This document shows, piece after piece, positions 8,900 to 17,977 of a stretch of DNA of 64,000 nucleotides. This stretch comes from Thermoanaerobaculia bacterium. Its GTDB lineage: Bacteria > Acidobacteriota > Thermoanaerobaculia > UBA5066. The position numbers were made by a program, and so were the translations under genes. The DNA is taken from contig JBBRRY010000003.1 in assembly GCA_038245905.1 (NCBI GenBank), positions 104,755-168,754 of the forward strand, in the 5' to 3' direction. Position 1 is the stretch's first letter; the number at the start of each line of letters is the position of its first letter. Under the pieces are notes generated by a model, which was not told where the DNA came from, made no database searches, and worked only from the letters and a program-made list of their open reading frames with translations.

Positions 8900-11800
8900 A
8901 TGAATAGGGCAGGTGTTCGGGCCGGGAAAGGCGTGCGAGAGGCTCTTCGCGCTTCCCTCCCGCTTCTTTCGGCGGGGTCCTTATCTCTCGCAGCACTTCT
9001 CGGCGTGGTGTTTCACGGCCGAACCGAAGGCGCGCGGGGTGACCGGGTCCTGTCCGCGCTCGATCCTCTCGCGTTTGGCTTCCGGGCGTGGGCGGCCGTG
9101 GCTCTCACGTGGCTGTTCGAGCATCGCGCGGGGCTGGCGCTTTTCGCGACGCTCCTTCTCGTGGCGGCCGCGGCGGTCGCATGCGTGAGAGGGGGCCGGC
9201 GCGGCCTTCCGGCGGCACTCCTGTCCGCGGCGGCGGTCGCCGCCACGTGGGCCGAAATCCTCCTTCTCGCGGACGCGCGTCCCGGCGGCGGGGCCCTCTT
9301 CGCGGCCGCCGTGCTCATGGCGGCGGCCGCTGCATGGATGCGGCCGCTCCCTCTTACGCCCGGGTTTCCCACGCTGACTCGGGAATCCGCTCCGGAGTCT
9401 TCCGCGAGCAGGTCGCTGCCGGGTTGGACCGAGTCCATGGGCCTTTGCGCACTCTTTTTCCTTGCCCTTGTCACGCGCGCCTGGGCCGTCAATCAGCTTC
9501 CGTCGAACTTCGACGAGGAGATGATCTCCGTGCAGACGGAGAGCCGGACGGCTTACGGCCTCCGGCAGTTCACCGCGACGGAGTTCGTCGGAACGAGCAA
9601 CGGCCTCGCGACGCCCGTGACGAACCGGCTCGTGTTCTGGGCGCTCGGCGTTTCGCTCTATGCGTCGCGCGTGACGGCTCTCCTCTGGGGGCTTGCCGCG
9701 GTTCCCCTTTTCTGGGGCCTCGTCCGGCGCCTTTGCGGAGGCGGGCTCGCGACGTTTGGCGCGACTCTCCTTTTCGTCTGTGCTCCCGAGCAGCTTTTCT
9801 GGTCGAGGAGCGAGGTCTCGGTCTTCGCGCCCGTCGCGGCCCTCGGCCTTCTCTTCGCTCACGTGGGCCTGTCGATGGTCGCGCGCTTCGGAATCGCACC
9901 CGTCCTTCTCGCCGCCTGCATGACTCCTCTCTGCCGGTTCTTCTATACGGCCGGCCACGTGCTCTTCGTATACCCGGCTCTTCTCGCCGCGCACGCGGCT
10001 CTCTTCGCGAGGGGAGTCGCGCGCCGTGCGTTAACAGCTCTGCCGGTCCTCCTGATCGGGATCGCCGTCTGGGTAGCGAGCGTCTCGATCGCCGTCGCCG
10101 CTGCGGGCGGCGGAAGGCGCTTCGTCGATCCGGCACGGGTACGCGGTGAGTCTGCGTGGCGGGCGGGTTTTCCCTCCACTGCGTCCTCCCTGGAGGTCCT
10201 GCGCGGACAGGCGGCGCGCGTCGCCGGGAATCTCGCAAGCGTGGGTGCGAGCCTGACGTCCCGCCAGGCGTATGCGACGCATTGGTACGAGCGTTTCGTA
10301 GTCGTGCCCGCGCGTAACCCGATGGTGTGCGTGGGGCTGACGATCCTCGCGGCCGTCGGCCTCGGCTATCTCCTCGGCCAGATCGCGGAACGACGAGCCG
10401 TCCTCGTCCTCTTCTGGCTGGGCCTCGGCCTCCTGCCCGGAGTCCTTTCCGACGAGCCGGACGCGCGGCGGCTCTCGCTCATCTTTGTCCCGATTCTCCT
10501 CCTCGCCGCGCTCGTCGTGACGGCCTGGGTTCGCCTCGTGAGGGAGGCAGGCGGCCGCCTCGCGGGCAACCTCGCGAGGGCGGGCGCGGGCCTCGCGTTC
10601 GCGGGCGTTTCGACGTGCGGTCTTGCCTCGAATCTGTTGCTGCCGATCGCGCCGATCGTGCGGGACGAACAGATCCGCTTCGCCCGCCCGCTCGTCGAGC
10701 GGAGCGACGTCCTCCTGCACAATCTCTTCTACCGGCACGGCAAGACGCTCGAGTTCGGCGTCCTCGACCGGCTCCTCTCGCCGGCCGGGCCGTGCATGCA
10801 GTTCGTCGATCGGGGCGACGAGCTGCTCTCGCTCCTCCGGCCCTCGTGCGATTTCAGGGAGGAGGTCTACGGTCTGACGTTGGCACCGGCTGAGATCGAG
10901 GCCCGGCGCCGCGCTCTTCAAGCCCTTCCTTCGGCCCGCGTCTCGTATCTCTTTCGCGATGGGTCCTCGAGCCGGCGGGCGGTGTCCGTTCTTCTCGCGT
11001 TCGATCCGGGCGCACGCGTGTTCGAACGCGACTGGCCTGCCATGGCGGAGAAGCTCCTGGCTTTCGAGGTGAATCCCGAGGCGCTCCGCGCCGCGACTTC
11101 GCCCGAGGCGTCGCCAGGCGGCGTGCGCGGCGGTTTCCTGGTGCCGAAGCCGGGATGGTACCGGCTCGTGCTCGACCCGCCCTGCCCGGGCGCCCGCATC
11201 ACGGCGGGTGCCGCGCGGTGGAACGGAGAGGACGAACGGCCGCTCCTTCCGGGAATCTTCCCCTTCGAGACCTCGGGGCCCGCGGGCTGCGTCTCGCCGG
11301 CTCGGCCGCTGCTCGTGGCCTCGGGCGCCGCCGGGACCTTCGCGCCTGCCTTGACGGCGCCGGCGCTCGCCCTTCTTCCCGAGACGGTGGGCGTCGAGCC
11401 CGTCTCCTTCGCGGGCTGGCCCCGCGCGCGAGAGGTCCTGCGCACGACCGATCGGATCTCGGATTTCGGCGTGGACCGCGAGGGACGCATTTACGCGCTA
11501 TTCCTGCGCGACCAGGCGTGGGAGGTCCGCCGATACTCGCGGGGCGGGGTCGAGACGGAGCGGGTTCGCGCGGAGCTGCCGCTCGACGCGAGCACCGGGA
11601 CCCTTCTCGTCGAGCCCGAGGGCGGATGCGTCGCCTTTTCGCTGCGGGCTTTCGAACGCTTCGACAGGAACCTCGTACGCCAGGCACGCTGGGAGCTGCC
11701 GGGCGGCCTCGTCGGCTCACACGCGGCACGTCTTCCGGGCGGGCACCTCGCCGTCCTGACCGGGAGCTTCGTCCACATCCTCGGCGCGGACGGGCGGGTC

Positions 11801-12232
11801 GAGAGCGTCTGGGGATCGGAAGGGAAGATGCGCGGAGCGTTCGAGCTACCGATCGCCGTGGCCTACGAAGCGAACCGGCTCGCGGTGGTCGAGGAGTCGG
11901 GCCGCGTATACGTGTTCCGGCTCGACGAGAACCCGATCGCTCTTCGGCCCGAGAGCCGCTTCAAGCTCGCGTTCGCACGTGAGCCCCATCCCGAGTATCT
12001 CCGCGGCGCCGCATTCGACGGCGGGAGGCTTCTGGTTCCCTACAGCCCCGACGAGGCGCCGCTCATCGTCGATGTTCTTGGAACCCGCCTGATGCCGGGG
12101 CACTTTTCGAGCGATCTCCGGCGCAAGGATCTCGCCTCGCCCTATCGCTTTTCGCACGCGCCTGGCGAGCTCCTTGTTCTCGACGGGGCCGAGCCGGCGA
12201 TCCACGCCTTGACGCCCGGAGAGTCCCCGTGA
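8900..12232 (+). CDS. GT39/GT-C membrane glycosyltransferase with C-terminal beta-propeller-like extracytoplasmic region
   Basis: Many TM helices; RAWAVNQLPSNFDEE acidic motif; DARRL late-loop motif; C-terminal D.GVDREGRIY / P.AVAYE repeats. Confidence 0.7.
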   Translation: MNRAGVRAGKGVREALRASLPLLSAGSLSLAALLGVVFHGRTEGARGDRVLSALDPLAFGFRAWAAVALTWLFEHRAGLALFATLLLVAAAAVACVRGGRRGLPAALLSAAAVAATWAEILLLADARPGGGALFAAAVLMAAAAAWMRPLPLTPGFPTLTRESAPESSASRSLPGWTESMGLCALFFLALVTRAWAVNQLPSNFDEEMISVQTESRTAYGLRQFTATEFVGTSNGLATPVTNRLVFWALGVSLYASRVTALLWGLAAVPLFWGLVRRLCGGGLATFGATLLFVCAPEQLFWSRSEVSVFAPVAALGLLFAHVGLSMVARFGIAPVLLAACMTPLCRFFYTAGHVLFVYPALLAAHAALFARGVARRALTALPVLLIGIAVWVASVSIAVAAAGGGRRFVDPARVRGESAWRAGFPSTASSLEVLRGQAARVAGNLASVGASLTSRQAYATHWYERFVVVPARNPMVCVGLTILAAVGLGYLLGQIAERRAVLVLFWLGLGLLPGVLSDEPDARRLSLIFVPILLLAALVVTAWVRLVREAGGRLAGNLARAGAGLAFAGVSTCGLASNLLLPIAPIVRDEQIRFARPLVERSDVLLHNLFYRHGKTLEFGVLDRLLSPAGPCMQFVDRGDELLSLLRPSCDFREEVYGLTLAPAEIEARRRALQALPSARVSYLFRDGSSSRRAVSVLLAFDPGARVFERDWPAMAEKLLAFEVNPEALRAATSPEASPGGVRGGFLVPKPGWYRLVLDPPCPGARITAGAARWNGEDERPLLPGIFPFETSGPAGCVSPARPLLVASGAAGTFAPALTAPALALLPETVGVEPVSFAGWPRAREVLRTTDRISDFGVDREGRIYALFLRDQAWEVRRYSRGGVETERVRAELPLDASTGTLLVEPEGGCVAFSLRAFERFDRNLVRQARWELPGGLVGSHAARLPGGHLAVLTGSFVHILGADGRVESVWGSEGKMRGAFELPIAVAYEANRLAVVEESGRVYVFRLDENPIALRPESRFKLAFAREPHPEYLRGAAFDGGRLLVPYSPDEAPLIVDVLGTRLMPGHFSSDLRRKDLASPYRFSHAPGELLVLDGAEPAIHALTPGESP

Positions 12233-15123
12233 GCGCGGCATCGCTCCCGGCGTCCGGCAAACGCCGCGACGGGCCGCTCCGGACGTTTGCCCTCCTTTCT
12301 GTCGGCCTGGCTCTTCTAGGAGAGGGTTTGATCCGGACGGGTCGTTCTCCGTGGGCGGGAATCGCCGCGCAGATCGTTGCGTCTTTCCTCTTCGCATGGG
12401 GCGCGTGGCCGCGGCCCGCACCTCCCGCGGTGCCTGTCTTCGTGGCGCCAGCGCGTTGGAAGCGCGCGGGGCGGCTTGGGTGGCCTCTCGCGTTCGCCGT
12501 CGCGGCGTCTTGCGCGATCGCGTCGATCGTCTGGTGCCTGCGGCTCTATGCCGGGCGCCGCGAGGTGGCGGCGGAGGGCCCGTGGTTCGCGGCGATCTTC
12601 CTGATCGCGGCGGCCGGCTTTTTCGGAGGACGGCTCACGGCCTTTGCACCGCGTTGGGACGCGGCTCCTCCTCTTGGAAGCAGGACGCGCCGCGCCCTCT
12701 TCGCGCTCGCGGTTGTCCTCGTCCTCGGCCTCGCGGCCGCGACGCGTCTCCCGGCGCTCGACCGGATTCCCTTCGGCATCAACGCGGACGAAGGCGATCA
12801 GGCGGCCGTGTCGCTCTCGATCCTGCGCGGCCACAACACGACCCCTCTTTTCGGGGTCGGCTGGTACCACATCAGCATCGTGTACTTCCGGCTCCTCGCG
12901 CTCGTCATGGGCGTGGCGGGCGCGACCGTCGCCGGGGCGCGGACGTTCGGCGCGCTCTCGGGAATCGTCACCGTCGGTCTCGTTCTCTGGCTCGGCGTGC
13001 GGCATTTCGGCCGGAGGGCGGGCCTGATCGCCGGCCTCTTCGCGGCGTCCCTGGGGCCGGCGCTGCAGTTCTCGCGGGAGACGACTTGCGCCGGCCCCAC
13101 GGCCACGCTCTGGGCGGCGAGCGCGCTCCTGTTTCTGGAAGCGGCACGCGGGGGACGCGCGTGGGCCTGGGTCCTCTCGGGGCTCGCGGGAGGCTTCTCG
13201 TTCTACTTCTATCCGACGGGGCGCCTCTGGAGCGTCTTCGCCCTCCTCGTCGTGATCTCATTCCTCGCGACCGCTCCTCGCGGCGCACGAAGGAAGATTT
13301 TCGCGGGCGCGATCCTCGCGGCGCTCGCGGCGCTCATCATCGGCGCGCCGTTTCTGTACCGCGCGTACGTCAACCCGGACTGGTTCGTCGTCCGCGCCCG
13401 GGAAACGAGCATCTTCGTCAGCTCGAATCTGTCGCGCCTGCCCTACGTCCAACGCGATTGGCCGATGCCCCGCCTTCTTCTCGCGCAGATCGAGCGGTCG
13501 ATCGGGATCTTCAACCGCTTTCCGGACGGCAACTACTTCTGGCCGACGGGAAAGCCGATCCTGCCTGCCGTCTTCTCGGCGCTCACCGTCACCGGACTTC
13601 TTGCGAGCCTCTGGCGCGTCCGGGATCCGAGGCTCGCTCTTCTGACGGCATGGTTCTGGACGGGTTTCGTCGGCGTCGTCGTCACGGTCGAGACACCGAA
13701 CCTCCACCGCATGGCGACGGCCGTGCCCGTGCTCGCGATCTTCGCGGCGCTCGTTCTGGACGAAGGGGCGCGCCGATTCTCGGCGCCTCTCACGCGGCGT
13801 GGAGGCCGTGTCGCCGTCACCGCCCTCGTGGCGGCGGCCTCGCTCGCTCTCGCGGCGCGGGAGCTGGTCTTCTACTTCGGGGAATACGCGAAGCTCGACG
13901 CGTGGCCGTACCCGCGGATCGAGGGGGGCGCGATCGCGCAAGAAGGACGCGACGCATGGGTCCTGAGCCTCGGCGGCCAGTTCCACATGGTCAACTCGGG
14001 CTGGGTCTATCACCTCGCGCCCGATTCCTTTCGAGCCGGGATCCTGTCCCCCGGCTTCCACCTTCCCCTGACGATGCCTGCGAGCCGCGATCTCGCGTTC
14101 CTCTTCTACCCCGGTCAGGAGGACTATCGGAATCTGGTCGAAACGATCTATCCCGGCGGAAGTTTTCACCGTGTTCCCTCGGTGCCGGACCAATGGATCT
14201 TCGACGTCTATCGTTTGCCGCGGGCCGCGTGGCAGGCCACGCAGGGCGCGCTGGCACACATGCCTGGAGAGCCGCCTGTCCGCGTCCCGACTCTGTCGGA
14301 CCCTGCGCCCGGGGCGCGCCCCGACGCCGTCATGAGATGGACGGCCGCGATGCGCGTGCCTCGCTTCGGCAACTACGCGTTCCGTCTCGGCCCCGGCCCG
14401 GCCCGTCTCGCGATCGACGGACACGAAGTCCTGTCGATCGCCGCGGGCGAGCAGGCGAAAGAGGAATCCCTGTGCCTGGCGCGCGGCGATCATTTCGTCG
14501 AGCTGGAGGGTTCGCTCGTGGGGGGCCTCCCGCGAGCACGCCTTCTTTGGGCCCCGTTCGCCAACGCGGGAGCAGGGCCGGTTTTCGAGACGATCCCGAC
14601 CGCAATCCTGAGACCTCTCGCAAAGCCACCGGGCGGCCTCTTCGGCGTCGTGACGTTTCGCGGCGGGCGCCGGCAGGAGCGCCTCGACGGCACGCTCGCG
14701 ACATGGAACCTCTCCGATGAGTTTGAGTTCGGGGGCGAACGCTTCGGCGCCGTTTGGACGGGATCGCTCGTCGCCCCTGCAACGGGGTCTTACGAAATGG
14801 GCCTTCTGGCTTCGGGGACGGCCGAGCTGAAGATCGACGGGCAAACCGTTCTCAGGAGCGACGGAGCGCACGACAAGCCCGTCGCCTCGAGCGTCACGCT
14901 CGGCGCGGGTGAGCACGCCGTGGAGCTTTCCTTCAAGGAGTCGGTCGAGCCCGCGAGGCTCGAATGGACATGGACACCGCCCGGAGGGAGAAGCTCCATC
15001 GTTCCCCCGTCCGCGCTCCGGCCGCCGCGGGGCGCGGGCATGTCGCCGCCCTGCAAACAGGAAGACTTCGGCCCGCCCGACCGGCTCCCTCCCGTCGACC
15101 ACCCCGTTTTTCTGAGGTGGTAG
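12229..15123 (+). CDS. GT39/GT-C membrane glycosyltransferase with tandem PA14-like domains
   Basis: RLPALDRIPFGINADEG motif, multi-TM, PNLHR; C-terminal F.AVWTGSLVAP.TG.YE....G.AEL.IDG..V, G.H.VEL, L.WTPPGG PA14 pattern, with a weaker first copy; GTGA overlap with upstream gene. Confidence 0.8.
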   Translation: MSAASLPASGKRRDGPLRTFALLSVGLALLGEGLIRTGRSPWAGIAAQIVASFLFAWGAWPRPAPPAVPVFVAPARWKRAGRLGWPLAFAVAASCAIASIVWCLRLYAGRREVAAEGPWFAAIFLIAAAGFFGGRLTAFAPRWDAAPPLGSRTRRALFALAVVLVLGLAAATRLPALDRIPFGINADEGDQAAVSLSILRGHNTTPLFGVGWYHISIVYFRLLALVMGVAGATVAGARTFGALSGIVTVGLVLWLGVRHFGRRAGLIAGLFAASLGPALQFSRETTCAGPTATLWAASALLFLEAARGGRAWAWVLSGLAGGFSFYFYPTGRLWSVFALLVVISFLATAPRGARRKIFAGAILAALAALIIGAPFLYRAYVNPDWFVVRARETSIFVSSNLSRLPYVQRDWPMPRLLLAQIERSIGIFNRFPDGNYFWPTGKPILPAVFSALTVTGLLASLWRVRDPRLALLTAWFWTGFVGVVVTVETPNLHRMATAVPVLAIFAALVLDEGARRFSAPLTRRGGRVAVTALVAAASLALAARELVFYFGEYAKLDAWPYPRIEGGAIAQEGRDAWVLSLGGQFHMVNSGWVYHLAPDSFRAGILSPGFHLPLTMPASRDLAFLFYPGQEDYRNLVETIYPGGSFHRVPSVPDQWIFDVYRLPRAAWQATQGALAHMPGEPPVRVPTLSDPAPGARPDAVMRWTAAMRVPRFGNYAFRLGPGPARLAIDGHEVLSIAAGEQAKEESLCLARGDHFVELEGSLVGGLPRARLLWAPFANAGAGPVFETIPTAILRPLAKPPGGLFGVVTFRGGRRQERLDGTLATWNLSDEFEFGGERFGAVWTGSLVAPATGSYEMGLLASGTAELKIDGQTVLRSDGAHDKPVASSVTLGAGEHAVELSFKESVEPARLEWTWTPPGGRSSIVPPSALRPPRGAGMSPPCKQEDFGPPDRLPPVDHPVFLRW

Positions 15124-15130
15124 GCGTGAC

Positions 15131-15931
15131 TCAGCGTGCGGGCGCTTCCGCGGGCGCCGTCCAGTAAGCCTGCTCCGCGATCTGCTCGAGCGCGGGGGAG
15201 CGATAGCGGCCCGAGTCCCACGCCCGGCGGAGGGAGGCGATGTGCCCCAGCATGCGCACGGAATCGAGGCCGAGACGGACGGTGGTCGGCTCGGAGCGGC
15301 GCAGCCGGACCGGGACGCGCTTGATCTCGAGGTTGTACTTGAGCGCCAGGTAGAGGAGCTCCACGTCTCCGGCGAAGCCGTTCTCTCTGAGGAGCGGGAA
15401 AAGCGCGTCCGCGACGTCGCCTCGAAAGGCTTTGAGACCGCACTGCGTGTCGAAGAGGCCGCCCGTCACGAGCAGCCTTACGAGCAGCGAGAACGCGGCG
15501 GAAGCCGTGTTGCGGCGTCGCGAGATGTGGGGCCGGTAGTCGGACCCGGCGAGAGTGCGGTCGCCGGTGACGACGTGGAACCCGCGGTCGTTCACGAGGC
15601 GGGCCATGTAGGGGACCGCGTCGAGGTCGAACGGGAGGTCGGCGTCCGTGAAGACGCGGCATCTCCCCCGGCTCGCCCGCATTCCCGCTTTTAACGCACC
15701 GAACTTCCCGAGGTTTCTCGGGAGGGAGACGATCGTGAGGTTCCCTTGGGGACGCGCGGCGAGGCGTTCCGCCGTGTCGTCCGTGCTCCCGTCGTCGACG
15801 GCGACGATCTCCCACGAAAGGGCCCCCCGGCGGAGGAACTCCTCTATTTCGGCAAGACTTCTCTCCACGAAGAGCGCCGCGTTGAAGACCGGCAGGATGA
15901 GCGAGAGATCGGGAGGCGTCACGGTCGTCAC
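15131..15931 (-). CDS. GT2 polyprenol-phosphate glycosyltransferase (Dol-P-Glc/Man synthase-like)
   Basis: LSLILPVFN, VDDGSTD, NLGKFGA, FTDADL, DTQCGLKAF, GFAGDVELL; GTG start overlaps upstream TGA (GTGA). Confidence 0.88.
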   Translation of the reverse strand: MTTVTPPDLSLILPVFNAALFVERSLAEIEEFLRRGALSWEIVAVDDGSTDDTAERLAARPQGNLTIVSLPRNLGKFGALKAGMRASRGRCRVFTDADLPFDLDAVPYMARLVNDRGFHVVTGDRTLAGSDYRPHISRRRNTASAAFSLLVRLLVTGGLFDTQCGLKAFRGDVADALFPLLRENGFAGDVELLYLALKYNLEIKRVPVRLRRSEPTTVRLGLDSVRMLGHIASLRRAWDSGRYRSPALEQIAEQAYWTAPAEAPAR

Positions 15932-16833
15932 GCCGCCCGGCTCCGGCGCGCCGTCACGAGCATGGAGCCTGAATTCGCATAGAGGGCGGCGTCGGCGTCG
16001 CCAGGGCGAAAAAGGTCCGCGACCGCGCGCAGCAAGCCTCCCCCGAAGGGAAGCGCGTCCCCGATCCGCCTGAGAAGGAAGTCGAGGGACACGTACTGGC
16101 CGCACGAAGAGACGTGCTCGATCTCGAACCCAGGCGCGAGCACTGCCGCGAGCGTCCGCGGCGAGAAGTACGACACATGTTCGGGAATCTTGTAGGACAC
16201 CCACCGCCGCCCAGTCGCGCGCGCGAGGAGGCTCTTCACGTTCGGCGTCGCGACCAGAATGCGCCCCTCCGGCGCGAGGTGCCACGCGAGGTCCACGGCG
16301 AGCCGGCGGGGATCGTAGATGTGCTCGACGACATCGAAGAGCGTGATGACGTCGAAGAAGCCCTGCGGAAAGAGGCGGTCCGAAAGGGTTCCGAGGCGGA
16401 TGCGGTCCAGATGGCGCAAGGACGCGACCGCCACCGCGGTTGAGGACACGTCGAGGCCCCACGCTTCGTATCCGCGCGAGAGGGCCGCCTCGAGGCCGGC
16501 GCCGGGGCCGCATCCCACGTCGAGGAGCCGGGCGCCGGCATGGCGCGAAGGAAGACGAGAGAGACGCCGGACGAATGTGCGGACGAGGAGAGGCTCCATG
16601 GCCGAATACGAGGAGTATCCGCTGTCGGGGCCACCCTCTTCCCAGTACTCGGGTGCGCTATACAGGCGGGCCACGTCGTCCTCGTGAACGCGCGGGGAGA
16701 GATAGCGCATCGAGCAGGAATCGCAATCGACGACGCGGTACGGCGGAAACAACGCCCGCGCCTTCTCCGGGGGCGGTTCATCGCAGAGCGGGCACGCGCA
16801 CGTTTCGAGGCGGAACGGAGCGGCCGCGATCAT
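15928..16833 (-). CDS. Class I SAM-dependent methyltransferase with N-terminal CxxC...CxxC Zn ribbon
   Basis: CPLC...CDSC, LLDVGCGPG, FDVITLFDVVEH, TPN, PEHVSYFS. Confidence 0.88.
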   Translation of the reverse strand: MIAAAPFRLETCACPLCDEPPPEKARALFPPYRVVDCDSCSMRYLSPRVHEDDVARLYSAPEYWEEGGPDSGYSSYSAMEPLLVRTFVRRLSRLPSRHAGARLLDVGCGPGAGLEAALSRGYEAWGLDVSSTAVAVASLRHLDRIRLGTLSDRLFPQGFFDVITLFDVVEHIYDPRRLAVDLAWHLAPEGRILVATPNVKSLLARATGRRWVSYKIPEHVSYFSPRTLAAVLAPGFEIEHVSSCGQYVSLDFLLRRIGDALPFGGGLLRAVADLFRPGDADAALYANSGSMLVTARRSRAA

Positions 16834-16928
16834 CCGGATCCCCCCGGTCCCTAGGATACCGGGGAGCGTGTGTGGGCGCGTCGCGCGCGCACTTGGTATC
16901 ATCGTTCGAGCCCGTGAGGTGTACGACG

Positions 16929-17444
16929 ATGTGGGATAAGTGGCACTGTCTTCCGATCGCTCTGTGCGTCCTTTCTCTCGGTTGCGGCGGGAAAAAGCCG
17001 GAGGCTCAGGTGAAGGGCGGCGCCGCCGCCGCCGAAAAGCCGGCCGAGGTCGTCGCGACCCCGGTTGTGGCCCAAGAGGCGCCGAAGGGCCCCTTCATTT
17101 CGAAGTTCCGTCTCGGCTCTTCGTCGGGTCCCGAGGGCGTCGTGATCGCCGAAGCGCACGCCTTCGTGCCGGGAGAAAATGTCTTCGCCTCGTTCGAGAT
17201 CCCGAATGCCGCCGCGGGGTCGAAAGTCCGCGTTTCCTGGGCCGCTTTGCCCGACAGGAAGATCCTTTCTCGCCAGGAAGCGGCGCTCCCGCCGGACAAG
17301 CCGGCGGTGGCCTTCAAGGGCGATTCGAAAAGCTGGCCGCTCGGGGACTACGAGTTCCTCATCGTTCTCGCCGAGCCGGGGAAGGACGACGCGAGACCCT
17401 TGGGGAGCGCGACGTTCAAGATCGTCAAGGACAAGCCGAGATAG
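16929..17444 (+). CDS. Putative lipoprotein
   Basis: Hydrophobic stretch ending LSLG-C lipobox; Ig-like beta-rich domain (W..GDYE). Confidence 0.65.
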   Translation: MWDKWHCLPIALCVLSLGCGGKKPEAQVKGGAAAAEKPAEVVATPVVAQEAPKGPFISKFRLGSSSGPEGVVIAEAHAFVPGENVFASFEIPNAAAGSKVRVSWAALPDRKILSRQEAALPPDKPAVAFKGDSKSWPLGDYEFLIVLAEPGKDDARPLGSATFKIVKDKPR

Positions 17445-17479
17445 GTCTCGTTCGGGTCTTTCTCGATTGAGGCTGCGCC

Positions 17480-17977
17480 GTGGCAACCCGTAGGATCTTT
17501 CTCCTCACGGCGATTGGGACGGCCTTCGCTGCCGCGACCTCCGTCTCGGGGGCCGTGCTCGTCTTCGTTCTCGGTCCGCTCCGCCGGCGCGCTCGGCAAG
17601 AGCCTGTGCTCCTCGACGTCGGACCGGTGTCGGCCTTCGGGGCGCTGCGGGCGGGCGCGCCTCGGCCCGAAGAAATCCTCGTCGAGCGCACCGTCGAGGA
17701 CGGCTACATGACGCGCCGCGTGAAGGAACGATTCGTCGTGGTGCGCGACGTCCGCGCCGCGTCGGGCCTCGCGGCGCTCGTCCCGACGTGCAGCCACCTC
17801 GGGTGCGGCGTCTCGTGGGACCAGGGCCGTAACGCGTTCCTCTGTCCCTGCCACGGCGGCGTCTACGGGCCCGATGGCGCCGTCCTGGCCGGCCCGCCGC
17901 CGAGGCCTCTCACGCGCCTGCCGCTCATGGCGGCCGGCGGACGCTTGCACCTCGACGCTTCGGCTCTCGACACGTGA
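17480..17977 (+). CDS. Rieske 2Fe-2S subunit of quinol:cytochrome c oxidoreductase
   Basis: Tat-like TRRIFL; CSHLGC and CPCHGG boxes; GPPPRPL. Confidence 0.93.
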   Translation: MATRRIFLLTAIGTAFAAATSVSGAVLVFVLGPLRRRARQEPVLLDVGPVSAFGALRAGAPRPEEILVERTVEDGYMTRRVKERFVVVRDVRAASGLAALVPTCSHLGCGVSWDQGRNAFLCPCHGGVYGPDGAVLAGPPPRPLTRLPLMAAGGRLHLDASALDT

